64,000 bases of DNA from NCBI GenBank assembly GCA_047495785.1, contig JBLDXI010000029.1:1922001-1986000 (forward strand), given 5' to 3'. Source of the DNA: Lepidodermella squamata. Taxonomy: Eukaryota > Animalia > Gastrotricha. Shown piece by piece: positions 46,863-59,088 of the stretch. Made by a program: the position numbers and the translations under genes. The first letter of the stretch is position 1; every line of letters begins with the position of its first letter. The notes beneath the pieces were generated by a model that did no database searches, was not told the DNA's origin, and saw nothing but the letters and a program-made list of their open reading frames with translations.

Positions 46863-49800
46863 CGCTAGTGTGAAAACGACGCATATCGATACCGAGTAAC
46901 AGAATTTGTAAATTAGGCCATTTTTGATCCATCGGCGTTTCTTTCAGTTTTTTGAGCGCATCGATCCAAATTGCAAATGTGACGCAGTCTAAATAAACAA
47001 TGTTAACGCAAATTGAACGCATGCTTTGAACAAGCCAGCATCAACCTTCCATTGAGTATTCATCCAATGCCACTGCACATATAGCATCCCACTTGGCAAG
47101 TTTTTCTCCAGATGGCTTCATTAGACTTCGCGGTAACGAGCTGAGTTTCGGTCTCATTGCTGTTCCGGAATGCTGGGTTGTACCCTGGTTAATCGAAGCA
47201 GCTATCCCTGTTGTTGCCATCACACAGAAAGCGTTTGGCCTTCCCCACGCGGTAACTAAGTGCTTGATTGCAAATAGTATCAGGCTCTTGCCGGTCCCCG
47301 CAGGACCAGCGGCGATAACAGGCGACTTATCGCAAATGAAGTCAGGAATGAAGTCGAACAACTCTTTTATTTCAATACCCGTTATCGAACCCAGTAAAGG
47401 AGCGCAAAAAAGCGTAAAAGTAAGGTGTTGGAGATAATTAAGACCGAACTGGCATGAAACATCATTTATTGAGGGGAAGGCAACTCCTGTGAACCGTTGT
47501 TTGGTTCGCTCAATTTTGTAATTCGAATCAATGAGAGCTTCTTTCAGCATTTGCAAAACCACTGATGGGTTTCGTATAACATTTTGGGTATTTACTAGTG
47601 ACGACTGACGTTTACTATCTTCGAAATACTCCTCCACAGCTTTATTGTGCTCTCTCATCATTGTCTTTGTAACTGATTCGCCAAGAACCTTTTTTCTGTT
47701 AGACTGATAACCGACTATTCCACCCGAGGGTAGAGCCAAATCGGTCAAACGTTTGAAAAGTTCAGCCTGGGTTCGATCCCCGAGATTGCCCGACATTGCA
47801 GCTGAACCGACAAGAGGCATATAATCTAGGATTGGCGGATAACTTGATTCTTGAGGAAATGCGTAGGTTGACACGTTACTTATATCTGGATTTTGAAGTA
47901 TGTCCTTATCGCCACCGAGCGACGCAGAGTCTTCTAAAATGGCGATATTGTGGCCAATAGCAGCTTCTAAACCCAGATAGTATTCTTGGTGGAATTCCAA
48001 TCGCTTTTTCACTGCAGTGGGTTTATCCCAGGCGAGAAACCGCGAAATAGCAGAATCTGATTTATCAAGAAAATATATCGGATCTCTAAATGGATGATAT
48101 AACAGAAGTGCAACACGAGAATACAATTCTCTCTTTTCTTTATCAACAGGGAAAAGATTGCGATTCGGCAATCGTGGACCGTAAATATCCGGAACACGAG
48201 TATCAGTCAATTTTCTCAACGCCCATTTGAGACTGCCCGGGTGTCCCTGCATAAACCGCAGCTTGATACGAATTGTGGCGTTTACTTTCTCGTACGACAT
48301 TGCAAAATCATACCAGCTGAGAACTTCGAGTTCACAAGGCCGGAAAATGTAGTCGTAAATTGCAGCTGAAACAAAGGCTATACCATCAGTTTGACTGTAC
48401 ACTACGCCTTCAATTGCCCGTTTATCCATCATATTCAGACCTTGCACTAAAAATAGAGGTGCAAAGGTGGCGGAGAAGTACCCAGCTTGTCCTCTCAACA
48501 AATAATGTGTTATCAACGGTGCCCCTATCTCAATCACACCACTCGTAGCATATGCCAATGACATTAGCCTACTTATTCCGCGTTGGTGCGAAGATTTAGA
48601 GGAATCTTCACGAGTAAGGTGGCGCTCGAATGCTAACTGAACGATATGAGCGTTGTCCAGAACGTTTTGATGCTTTGACGCATATTTCGTGCAATAATAA
48701 ACACATTGCGGACCAGATCCATCGCAAAGCCTGATGAAAAGAAATGTTTGGTGGCAAAACGTCAATAAATCAATGATTTAATTACAAGCGGCAATCCATG
48801 TTGAACATGAAGCATCGACGCCATACTTTGATGTAATCGTTCAGGTATTGGTTTCCGAGGCGCCTTCGCTTAGAATAGGCCCCGTTGACAAGACCTTCGT
48901 ACGGTACCAATGGGCGAGGGAATCGATATCGGCAAATATTATTCTTCTTGCCTATTCATATTCATATCATATTCATGACCGAAAAAGGAACATCAGGCAA
49001 GCGAGACAAGCAAAAACTAGACAAAATTAGTTTAACCTTTGACGCAAGATTGCACGTGGTAGTAGCAATGGGTTTGATCACGAAGAAGAGATTTCGTCAA
49101 TTGGATGTTCATCACGTCCGTGTTAGCTGAAAACCCCCCGAAGCCCATTCGGATGAATGCGATCCTGTCGTCTGCTACTTGATGACGCGTATTTTCGGGC
49201 AGCTTAGCGATAGCCATGTTCATTTCAGAGTGTAAAATAGAGTCTTCAGGGAAAAAGCTATGACAAGACTGACACTTAGCTACATTGGGTGGCGGCGCGT
49301 CTTTTTTCAAAAGGTGGCAATATTTCTCGTCGATTTTTATGGGGACAAGGCGACCAGAGCAGGAAGCGTGGGGGCACTTGATAGAATCTTGATTCTCCAG
49401 AATCGGCAGCTCGGCGGAGAAGATTGATTTACAATACCGCTCATAAACATCGACAAACTAAAATACATAAATAAGCATGTAAAAGGCGACGCGCTATTGT
49501 GACTTGCTTCAGCATCCATCATTAGATCGTGCCATTCTTGAGTTGATTTCGGCATGCCGATGATCCAGCATATCGCATGAGAATGTACAGTAAGGCGTCC
49601 CTAAGAGAGAGAGAGCCCGTTTTGAGAATAAGAATCTGGCTCAGACGAGACTACTTACTTGACTCTCTTCGCAAAAATACAAGGCTTCAGCATGTCCAGC
49701 TATACCTCTGCTGCGTTTCGGCTTTTTTGCTCTCATGTCGAAACCAAATAAGATTTCAACAAGTATTTCAACGCAAAGCCAATAATATTCTGCTTGGATA

Positions 49801-51987
49801 ACAGTGTTCTCACTGATTATTTTCATGGCGTAAGAAGATGATGGGGCGTTTTCATTTGTCAAATCAGCCAGGTATTCAGGCCGCATGCCTGGCAAGTCTT
49901 TTGAAGACCAGAATGACACAACAATCGATCCTTCAGGTGAGGGAGTAAAAGTCCAAAACAACGAAGGTGAGCCATGTCGTATTATCATATTATCAAGCTT
50001 TCTGCGGAAATCATTTCTTTCTTCATTTGTGCCCCAAAGATTCTTCATTCCAGCAGAAACTGTACTTAGCGTTTCAAATGCGTTAGATGCATTTTTTCCG
50101 ACTGGTTTCATGGGCGACGGCTTTCCTGCTCGGATCGCACTTCTATGAGCCTCCTTCCATCCAATCGCGACTTTCATATCTTCAGTAGATACTGCAGCTG
50201 ATTTTTCGCACAGGTGTGGATTTTGTGACACTTTTAGATAAACACTATTTTTAATAATGTTCAGCGATAAGTAATCAAACGCGACAAGCTTAAATGAGGG
50301 ATCTTCTGCAAATTTGTTTGTAGATAGTAGCAGCAAATGGCAAAATATTTCACGATCGGTGTACCTATTCTGCCGATCTTTCTTCAGTCCGCCGATGCCG
50401 AATTCAAACAAGTGGGGAAATATACGCTCGAAGTAATAATCATCATTTCTGCACAATAAAACGTTTGACCGGCGAGCTACGAAATGTTTCTCGCTGTTCC
50501 CGAAGCGCTCTAAATTTGCAAAACCGATGCGACAGCTTTCTGATTCCCCTATCAATGGCTGTGTGTTCAAAAGGAATGTTTCAGTCTTCCACTCAGCTTG
50601 CTCATCATGATCTCTGAATGAGGACGCGACGTTGCTGCTCTCCTCTTTTGCTTTCTTCACAAGCAGTTCGAGGTTTTCATTCATGTCCAAGCGCACGAAA
50701 AGTGCATTAGGGTCGACATAAGCGTTGTCAGTAAACGCTCCATTATCCATACTCGCATCGTGGTAGAGATGATTATTTTTAATTAGGTACTTTCCTAATG
50801 CTCGGACAACCGATACATCACATTTATACTGCTTGGCTTTCATCAATTCCTGTGTATCTGTCAAAGGTCCTGCGAGAATTATTGTTATAAATCCTTCAGA
50901 AAGTTTGACGGGAATGGATGTGAAAATACACCCTTCGCTGTTGTCCCAAACCAGCATGTGGCTTTGCAATATAGACCCTTTTCCACCGTGAACCACGGTT
51001 ACTTTACCTCGTAACTGAGCTAATGCAACTGCTGCCTTTTCTATTAGAGTTGCTTCTTTGAATAATGGTGATGAACCTACAGCAAATCTGTCTGCAATAG
51101 CAAATCTCGGTATTTTGAATGTCATATTGCTTGACCGCAGCAATTTGTTTTGCATTTTATTAAGGTAACCCAACACATCAGTATCTATCGTAGCGACTGC
51201 TATTGAGCCTTGAAATTTGATTGCCCTCGGTGAAAGCAACAACCCTTCGAGGCAAGGATGAAAAGCTATACAGCAGTAAGATTGCCTCATTTCATCAGTT
51301 ACCCATTCACCGCCGCTCAATACGCTTCTCATTGCTGCTAAAGGTAAGAGCTCAACATTCAAGATGGTGCATTTGCACGTGGGCAGCCAGCGATCCGTCA
51401 CGAGACAAACGCTTCGTTGAGCTTTTTCGTAAAATGCAGATTCGGCGGCCCTCACAAGACTGTTAGCCGATGAAACGCTTAGGGGGGAGATGACGTGTTT
51501 CTCGTTCATAACTGCTATTTCATTGCTTGAAAGGAAACTTGACTCGACTGCTTCCAACTTGGCGTGCTGCTTTCGATCTCTATCATCCTCAAGCCGTCGC
51601 CTTTTTGCGGAAGGGGCTTCATTCATTCTTGTATGCCTCTTACGAAGCATTTCATCGTAGTTATTCTCGATCCTTTGAACTTGGCTCAAAGCTTGTATTC
51701 GCTGTTGGTTACGAACACGACGATGTAATAACCGTATTTTTCTCACGCCAAGTGGCTCGCGCATTTTCGGGTTGTGACCGAACCCGGACGATTATAATTA
51801 GAATAAACCTTTCTACAGCCTATTACGAGAACAACCTATCTTTGAAAGCCGATTTGCAACAAATCTTTCGCTAAACAAGTTGTTTTTTTTATTGTTCAAA
51901 CTCACAGGGATTCCGCGAACAAACGGAATCGATAAGCTCGATAAAAGTGCGAAGGTTCAAAGTCACGCATCTAACCATACACCATGT

Positions 51988-52359
51988 TTAATCAGGTAAA
52001 TCAAGGGCGTTGATACAATCTGATGCTGATTCGAATGCAGCCTCATCTTTTCCTAATCGAATATCTCCGACAAGCTGTTGGATAGATTGATTTATTATTA
52101 ATATTTTGAAAATGTTATCAGCCAATCCATTTACATTTACATCTGTTTCCATTACCCATTTTTGAGCGGTGAGCTGACTAATTGTGCGTCTGGCTTCGTT
52201 GGCGAACATTTTAGCTTCTGCCAGCTCTCGCTGTGCGTCTTGAAAAATTCGGAGAATTTCCATTATCGTTGCAGCATCTTTAATTCCGAGGGGGATGAGA
52301 AATTTCACGAATTTCCAGCATTTCAAACACGTGTTGCAGAATGGTAATGTATTTGACAT
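51988..52359 (-). CDS. Hypothetical coiled-coil protein
   Basis: 123-aa ORF with helical heptad character; no family recognised. Confidence 0.35.
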   Translation of the reverse strand: MSNTLPFCNTCLKCWKFVKFLIPLGIKDAATIMEILRIFQDAQRELAEAKMFANEARRTISQLTAQKWVMETDVNVNGLADNIFKILIINQSIQQLVGDIRLGKDEAAFESASDCINALDLPD

Positions 52360-52606
52360 TCTCTATTATTGAACACCAACCTGGAAGAAAAACCATTGAA
52401 ATACGTTTCTGCTACTTTGACAACGTGATAAATTTTATTAAACGAAGATCTTGTTCTATTCGTTTATCCGCGAGTTCAGTGTTAAGGAGTCTGTACATAT
52501 GCATCTGTTACTGTTGCAAAATTGCACGCAAATGTTCGATTTCCGATTCCAGATAAGCAACCTGATGTCCATTAGAAATATAAAACGTAATCAAAACAAC
52601 ATAATA

Positions 52607-52837
52607 TCAATTCGCTTTTCGCACCTTAGTTTTAAGTTCTGCAGTTTCGTCATCTGCGCGTACTGCTTTGATGATCGCCTCGCCGTAGTCTGAAAGAGCC
52701 CGATTTAGCATCGCCTGATATCGCAGTTTTTCTTCGCGAAGAGCGTTCAGAGCATTTTCAACTGTATCGACTGATGTTGTCGCCGAAAGGATCGCAAAAG
52801 TTATATCCCACTCCACGCGGCAACAATTAGTTTCCAT
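52607..52837 (-). CDS. Hypothetical small coiled-coil protein (may splice onward)
   Basis: ATG-initiated, natural-looking composition; no family recognised. Confidence 0.3.
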   Translation of the reverse strand: METNCCRVEWDITFAILSATTSVDTVENALNALREEKLRYQAMLNRALSDYGEAIIKAVRADDETAELKTKVRKAN

Positions 52838-53136
52838 TCAAATTTACTATTTACTTGTGTCAGATGAGTTATTAACCTAGGTTTTTTACTATTTGTCAGT
52901 CAACAAACGAGTTATCCATATTTAACCCTCCAGCACCCACGAAGTATACGAGCCTCTTCACTTTCCTCAAAGTTTCCACGTCAAAGAACCCTTTTTGACT
53001 ACTCTTTCATTGATATTGTATCTGAAAATTGTAAACATTTACAATTCCGCTACAACTCTGCGCCCTGCCGATCAATAATTGACCACGAGGCGCAACATTT
53101 CGTCTATGAGGGCTCGAATAAACTGATATTCGTACC

Positions 53137-53512
53137 GGGTCCCCCACGAAGCAGCAGGCTTCAAAGCAGGATAAACGCACTGAACAGTCCTCCTGGTAGG
53201 CGCTCAGGCTTAGCCTCTGATTTTCAACCAATGGACTGACATGGTGGTCAGCTATTCTAGCTGTCCACACCGAAATTTGAGGAACGTAAGTCATGAAAAC
53301 TCCGCAATGTAGCTCAGACCACAATTTGGTCGAAAAAGTCGTTTTTCGAAAATTTTCCAAATTCATAAGCCGGGCTGTTAAAGTTATGATAGGCCCATAT
53401 TCAGAAAATTACGCATAATTTTATGGTAATTAATTCCATTTATTGTTGCGTGGCGTTTGCATCGCTTTTTGGGTTTATCCTGCTTTGAAGCCTGCTGCTT
53501 CGTGGGGGACCC
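53137..53512. mobile_element. MITE with 40-bp perfect TIRs and 8-bp TSD (Merlin- or hAT-type)
   Basis: GGGTCCCCCACGAAGCAGCAGGCTTCAAAGCAGGATAAAC at 53137-53176, reverse complement at 53473-53512; TSD TTCGTACC (53129-36 and 53513-20). Confidence 0.92.
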
Positions 53513-53830
53513 TTCGTACCTACTATTTTTCGATGATTTCCAAATGTCTCGGTAGCTAAAATTTAAGAGCCCTGGTGTCCTAGTGCGTTACATTGTAATT
53601 TGTGTAATTTGCGTGTGGCGCTGAAGAGTTATGATGGTTTACTCCCTTTTAGGGTTTTATGAACGGCAGGTATTATTTTCGTAACTAAAAACATTTCAAC
53701 AAAGTTAATTAAAAGAAAATTAAAAGGTAACAGAATTTAGCTATATAATCAGCCCGGGGATTACATTCAGTTTTACTGCACGAAATTCCATCAGAATTTA
53801 GCCGAATGATCTTATCAACAACTGAGCCAT

Positions 53831-54330
53831 TCAAATGATGAACTCCTTCTTTCCCAGAAGATCCACTTCAACACCATCAGCATCTTTCATTTCGACGACT
53901 TGGGTGGAACTATTGATGACAATTTGTCGTTGTTCGTCATAGCAACCTAATTTGCAGCGCTGGAATCTAAATTTCTGACCAATGTCTCTGATCATGTCAG
54001 CATTTCTACCCCAGGCAACACCATTTATCATTGCTGTCTCATCGGCGAAAACGAAATTTCGGCGTCGCTAAACCTCACAGTTTCAAATTTCGGAAAAACT
54101 GACGTTGGAATTCACTTACAGTTGACCCGTTGACGAAAATTTGAGAGCTAGTACGAATGAAACCAGTGCATGAAAAACATAACCCCTCTTTCTGTGTTTT
54201 AAGGTCGATCAGCTTCAGCTCAGGCATCGATTCATCGGCAACTTTGCTATCGATTTCAGGCGATGTTTCATGGTTGAACCCGCAAAGGTGGATTAAATCG
54301 GAACCTGAGTTGAGTCTCAACTCATAAACA
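53831..54330 (-). CDS. Hypothetical protein, probably two or more exons
   Basis: Adjacent co-oriented ORFs of protein-like composition separated by an intron-sized gap. Confidence 0.3.
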
Positions 54331-54497
54331 TGGTCACCTGGTATGCGATATTCTCTGCGGGATTTCTAAATAATATACAAGATCGAATTATTTAAAAGTG
54401 TAATTCAATCTATAGGAACATGCCCAAATTTCCGCCTTGGCGATTTTCACTTGGCATCCAATTTTCAAGCCGTAGGCTAACAGCGCGTCGACTTCAT

Positions 54498-55353
54498 TCA
54501 CGCAAGAGATTCGTATGGATCCGGTGGGGTCTTTAACGCCAAGCACAAATAACTTGGATGGTGATCCTCTTCAAAATATTGAAAAAAATATAAGCATTGA
54601 CGTCTTAGAATTTCGTGTTTACCTCTGCTGCTCAACCCAGCTGACTTCGCCCAACAAGCTGAAGTTCGTATAACCAGGAAAAACTTCTGCAACTGAAAGG
54701 CCTACGGGTTCGCTCTCGTAAGCATATTCATGTCTCAACACGCTGTCTTCGCTGTGCTGGGATCTATCGCTCATTTTTGCATTACGATTCTGCTTACGAA
54801 TCACCAACTTCAACTTTTTATTCCCACTTTTCGACGATAATTCAGTGGCGCATCGTTTTGCCATCTGCGTATAATACACCTTTAAAATAGCTAAAACCGA
54901 TATATATGCCGATTACTTATACTAAGCCAGTTTTAACCGTCACATCGAGAAATTTGTATTTTTAACGTAAGTTTTCAAATTATTTGCTCTAATATAAAAT
55001 TCCGGGTGATCGAGATGGAAATGCTGAACGATGAGCTTGGCTTGTGAAAACCGTAACGTGCAAGAATGATGAAGACATTTGTAGTCTTTACCAACCTTCG
55101 TGAATACAAGACCAGGATTGTGTAGGTATAACATGGCCCACCAGGCGGATTTTTCAAAATTGGAAAGAAATCTTGGCTGGCGCCAAATCCTTGCCCGAGG
55201 ACGCCAAATTACAGGAATACAAGACTCTTCTGCCGCTTCGAAGCAAATTTGCGGACCGATTTTAAGTTTCCATCGCATTTCAAGTTTATTCCTATAGAAG
55301 CATGAAAAGAAATATACACCAGTCTGCAATCTCGCTTTCAAATGAATACACAT
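54498..55353 (-). CDS. Hypothetical multi-exon protein with one C2H2 zinc finger
   Basis: YKCLHHSCTLRFSQAKLIVQHFHLDH (C-x4-C-x12-H-x4-H); further co-oriented exon-like ORFs 54879-54498. Confidence 0.5.
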
Positions 55354-55460
55354 CTTGATTTTATACGATTTTCGTCAAAAAGAGGATCTAGATTTTGATC
55401 TAGATAAATGTCAGAAGCTGGTGAAATGCTGATTTTCAGCTAACTTGTTTAGTTCTGGAG

Positions 55461-56117
55461 CTAAAGAGAGCAAATTTCAATTACAGGGAAATCCGAACAC
55501 TTCCCATCGATCTTATTTGTGAGAAACAGTTTTTTACTATTTCCAAAGTGTTCAGTGATGTGCTTCAAAGTGTCGGCTGAAAAATAATGAGCCCCAGCGA
55601 CAATCACTAAATCGAACAAATCTTGTGGGATATATTTCACGCTCAAACCATTTTTCTCGTCACAGCAGGTAATGAAGAGGGGTGGCAGTTCTTTCCAAGA
55701 GGCATGATGAAACTTGTATGTGATATCAATAATACGGCAAGAGGGTATCACCGACCGCCAATTCGTTGTGTATTCATAAATATCGGCCTGAAACAGAAAC
55801 GCTGTCTGAGGGTCGGAATCGCCTGTAAAATCTCGATATAGCTGACGCGAGATACTCCAAGAAGGCGTAACGACTAACGCCCGTGTACACTTGAGCACAT
55901 AAGGAGAAAGCACCGTGACGCCTGATTTCCCAGTCAGCATCGCAACTACAACCGATTTCGAGGTTTTCCATCGGAAATGCTCATCAAGCAGCCGTAGTGC
56001 TTTCACCTGGTGCTGGGAAAGAGAATGTCCATCGCGTATATTTTCGATTCCGAACCTAATTCGATTGTTTTCACTGTTAAATACGGTTAATTCCAATTTC
56101 ACTTTACCAAGGGCCAT
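55461..56117 (-). CDS. Stand-alone, degenerate ResIII/DEAH-type SF2 helicase N-terminal domain
   Basis: Q-motif LSQHQVKAL, shortened Walker A (MLTGKS), motif Ia LVVTPS..I..Q, Walker B FDLVIVAGAH (DE replaced by AG), motif III LFLT, then stop. Confidence 0.7.
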   Translation of the reverse strand: MALGKVKLELTVFNSENNRIRFGIENIRDGHSLSQHQVKALRLLDEHFRWKTSKSVVVAMLTGKSGVTVLSPYVLKCTRALVVTPSWSISRQLYRDFTGDSDPQTAFLFQADIYEYTTNWRSVIPSCRIIDITYKFHHASWKELPPLFITCCDEKNGLSVKYIPQDLFDLVIVAGAHYFSADTLKHITEHFGNSKKLFLTNKIDGKCSDFPVIEICSL

Positions 56118-56323
56118 ATTAACGTTACCTACAGATGAATAATAGGTACAATTTAATTAGAGAAAAGTCGTTATATATCAAAAGTATGTTTCAGAGCTTG
56201 GGGCTCAATCCCAAACTCACCAGCTATGCAAACGGTCTATAAATCAAACATTCAGATGGCAAAAAGTCAGGGAATGCAAAAAAGTTTCAAGTTCAATGAC
56301 CAGAATTATTAGATCGACTCAAA

Positions 56324-57263
56324 TTAATTAACGAAAACGGGTCGTCTTGTTCAGAGTCCGAATCTGTAATTTCAGCAAATTCTTTTTTCAATGGAACTTG
56401 CATTAAATTGCTTCGAATTTTCCCAGTATTCCGGCCGAAGCCAGGGTTAAATCCTGATGTAGCACCTAGAGAATTCAGGCGCCGGACTATTTTAGGTTTC
56501 TTGGCTAATTAAAAAGCGAACGAAATATGCTTTCATTTTAATCTCGGTAGGTAATCTCACCTGATTTCGCTGATTTCGCTGAAGTTAGGCTTTTGCCACC
56601 CATGCATTTCGTCTTGTAGATTTTAACGAAGCAGTCTTCGATTGTCTTAAGTACATTTTCAGGATTCGATTGCCCAGGCGGCAGATCTGATAACTTGTTC
56701 GAAAGTTCGAATACATCAGAAGGTTCAATCGCTTTTGCCAAATCAGCTGATCTGTCTCGAAGCAGAAATTTCGGCCAATTACTCCCGCTCCACGTAGTTT
56801 CCGAAAATTTGTTGATCGAAAACTCATGAATGTACTCTTCATACGCTTTTGAATACGCATCTCTCAAGCGTCCCTCGCTAAATATTGTTGCAAAGTACAG
56901 CAAATCCACACATTTGCCAACCAGATTACAACTTGCATCCATTTTCTCAAATCGCAGTAACTTACAAGCCGTTTCATGACGAAATGTGAGTAGATCAATA
57001 TAAAATATAGACATTTTTGAGGTGGCTGAGAAGTCAGTTATAGTCAGCAACTGCTTGAAACGTGCCTCCTCTAAGAAGCAGGATGCCGGGAGAAAATCGA
57101 CAGTTCGCATCTTGGTCAGAAAACCATCACAAGCCCTAAATATTTCTTTAAATGCAAGGTGAACTGGCATGTCATCGGTATCGCTGATTATGACTTCTTT
57201 TCCAGCTACTGCCCATGCCTTTACAAAGTGGAAGAACACAGATCCTTCCAAATCCATCGACAA
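56324..57263 (-). CDS. Hypothetical protein (241-aa main exon plus probable last exon ~56465-56324)
   Basis: Long open frame, GTGAGA donor and a phase-compatible downstream exon; no family recognised. Confidence 0.45.
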
Positions 57264-57639
57264 TTAATGAATTTAGTAAAATTCTAGGCAGCAAGGCATA
57301 AATCTGGTTTTGAAACTGGTAATTTATTTTATTTTGGATGATCTCCCTGTATTTTCGTCATTTTCGTCATTCACATCCTTTTTATTTAGCACGAAAGCCA
57401 ATTTCCAGAATTTAATAAAACTCTGAATTATCATGAAATGGTGCGGCAAACCGGCCCTTTAAATAGCAGTAAATATCAAGATGGCGTCTTGGCTGTCGTC
57501 CAATAAAAAATTTTGGCTTCGCGTTTCTTTTGCGTTACAGCATTCTATTTTTTGTGGAAAAAACGAGAGCTTTTTTTAGCGGGTGAAACTATAATATTAG
57601 GTGATAATTGAATAATTAAAAAAGTGCGCCGTTGAGGTC

Positions 57640-57775
57640 TTGATGACGTATAATAAAATAGCCGCTCCTTGGCGTATAATGAAATCGCCGCTCAATGACG
57701 TATAATAAAGCCCGGCATCTGGGTCACGGCTGGGTATAAATAGGCGCCCTCTGCACTTGTTTGTCTCTCAGTGGA
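57640..57775 (+). promoter_or_regulatory. Putative promoter: three tandem TG(A/G)CGTATAAT(A/G)AA units, TATA box (~57735) and TCAGT initiator-like motif (~57769)
   Basis: Repeats with ~26-bp spacing read directly. A donor AG/GTAAGA at ~57920 and an acceptor at ~59048 could link this to the 59089 gene. Confidence 0.45.
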
Positions 57776-59088
57776 AAAAAAAATCCAAATCCAAATCCAA
57801 ATGAAGAGAAGATGAATGAGAGAACCAGAGTTAGAAACGAACACTTATAGACCGGCGCAAAATATTTGTGAAAAATTTTCAAGTCCCAAATGACGAAATA
57901 TTATAAATTAGAAGAAAAAGGTAAGAACTGGAAACTGAGAATGAGCCGCTCCTTCCGCCCCCCGAGAAAGAAATCAGCCATGGGTATAGCTGAATTCAAC
58001 CGCTGATAATGCCATGGGATAGACAAAAATTAAGTATATCATCTATACTGATCCATAAACGTTCGTTTTCAATTGAATTTTCTTCAAACTAGTATACATC
58101 GCCCGGATTTGATCATCACTTGATTTAGGAATTAGCACAAATTTCATCATCAATAGTGGCACAATCTTGTGCCCGTTTTTCTCATCTTTTCTCCGTTCGC
58201 TCAATAGTTGATATTTTATGGTGTAATTTCCTTACATGCCGCGGGCGAGGTTCACGATAAAATGATGATTATGGCAACATTGAAGAGGCTTGTAGTGGAT
58301 AAAGCCCCAAATATCATGGCAAAATTGTGGATTTATTATTTAATGACCCTCCACCCGAGTCTCACCTTAACCGGAGCAATAATATTTTGAGAAACCACCA
58401 TGAAACAATGATGAACGATTTTAACGCTTTTATAAATAATGATATCGATAACATTTGATTTTACACGTTTCATCGATATATTTTCATTTGATTTGATGAT
58501 TGAAATCCGGAGTGATCATTTATTTCAGTTTGCGGGTGTGCATAAAAGTGATTATGACCGCCTGACTTCTGCGCTGAGTCAACCTGCAGCCAGTTTTCCT
58601 CATATCTATTATAGCATAGCATAATGGACGCCGCCTCAATGAAGAGAAGCGCGGCTTTTTCGGTGATGATAATTTTCAGGTGCCGCAATTCTTACGGCAG
58701 TTGACACCAAAATGAGCGATCAATCATCGCACTTGGCAGTCGCGCAATCAATTCGGCGATGTACCAGGGTCAGACTCAGGTGATCGTATGGGCAGAAATC
58801 CTACACACAGGCGGATGAAATAAGGCGCCGATAGCTAATCTTAGCTAATAAATTAATGAACCTGAATTGTCCTATTGTTAAAAATCATCGCCATGTTTTG
58901 AAAATTTAAAAAGCGATCAGCCCTTATTTTCAAATTCCAACAATTTTTGAGGCTACGTTTTCTGCATTTCAGATGTTAATATTAAAAACTACATTGTTGC
59001 CGTATTTCATTCACCCAATTTAGGAATTTCAGTTTATTCGTGTTTCAGCTTGATTTACTGGTTGATTTCTTGAATTTATTTCTCGTAA

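Larger units (their letters stand above)
45150..51764 (-). mobile_element. Group-2 Helitron (Helitron2/Helentron-like) RepHel gene, 7 exons, ~1,887 aa, reading frame intact
   Basis: DUF6570-like PRFAIA..F.VG; FPHLF.FG.GG; PSLFWTFTP; EESQ/GRLTVHSH (HUH); QTH..H..SC.K; CRYRFP; NMD; YYCTKYASK (Y2); PIF1 motifs GPAGTGKS, DEYSM, GDILQLP, TVHGIQGLT, YVALSR. Exons 51764-49659, 49600-49508, 49457-49037, 48951-48786, 48730-47046, 46988-46893 and 46246-45150 sum to 5,664 nt. Element termini not identified. Confidence 0.92.
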
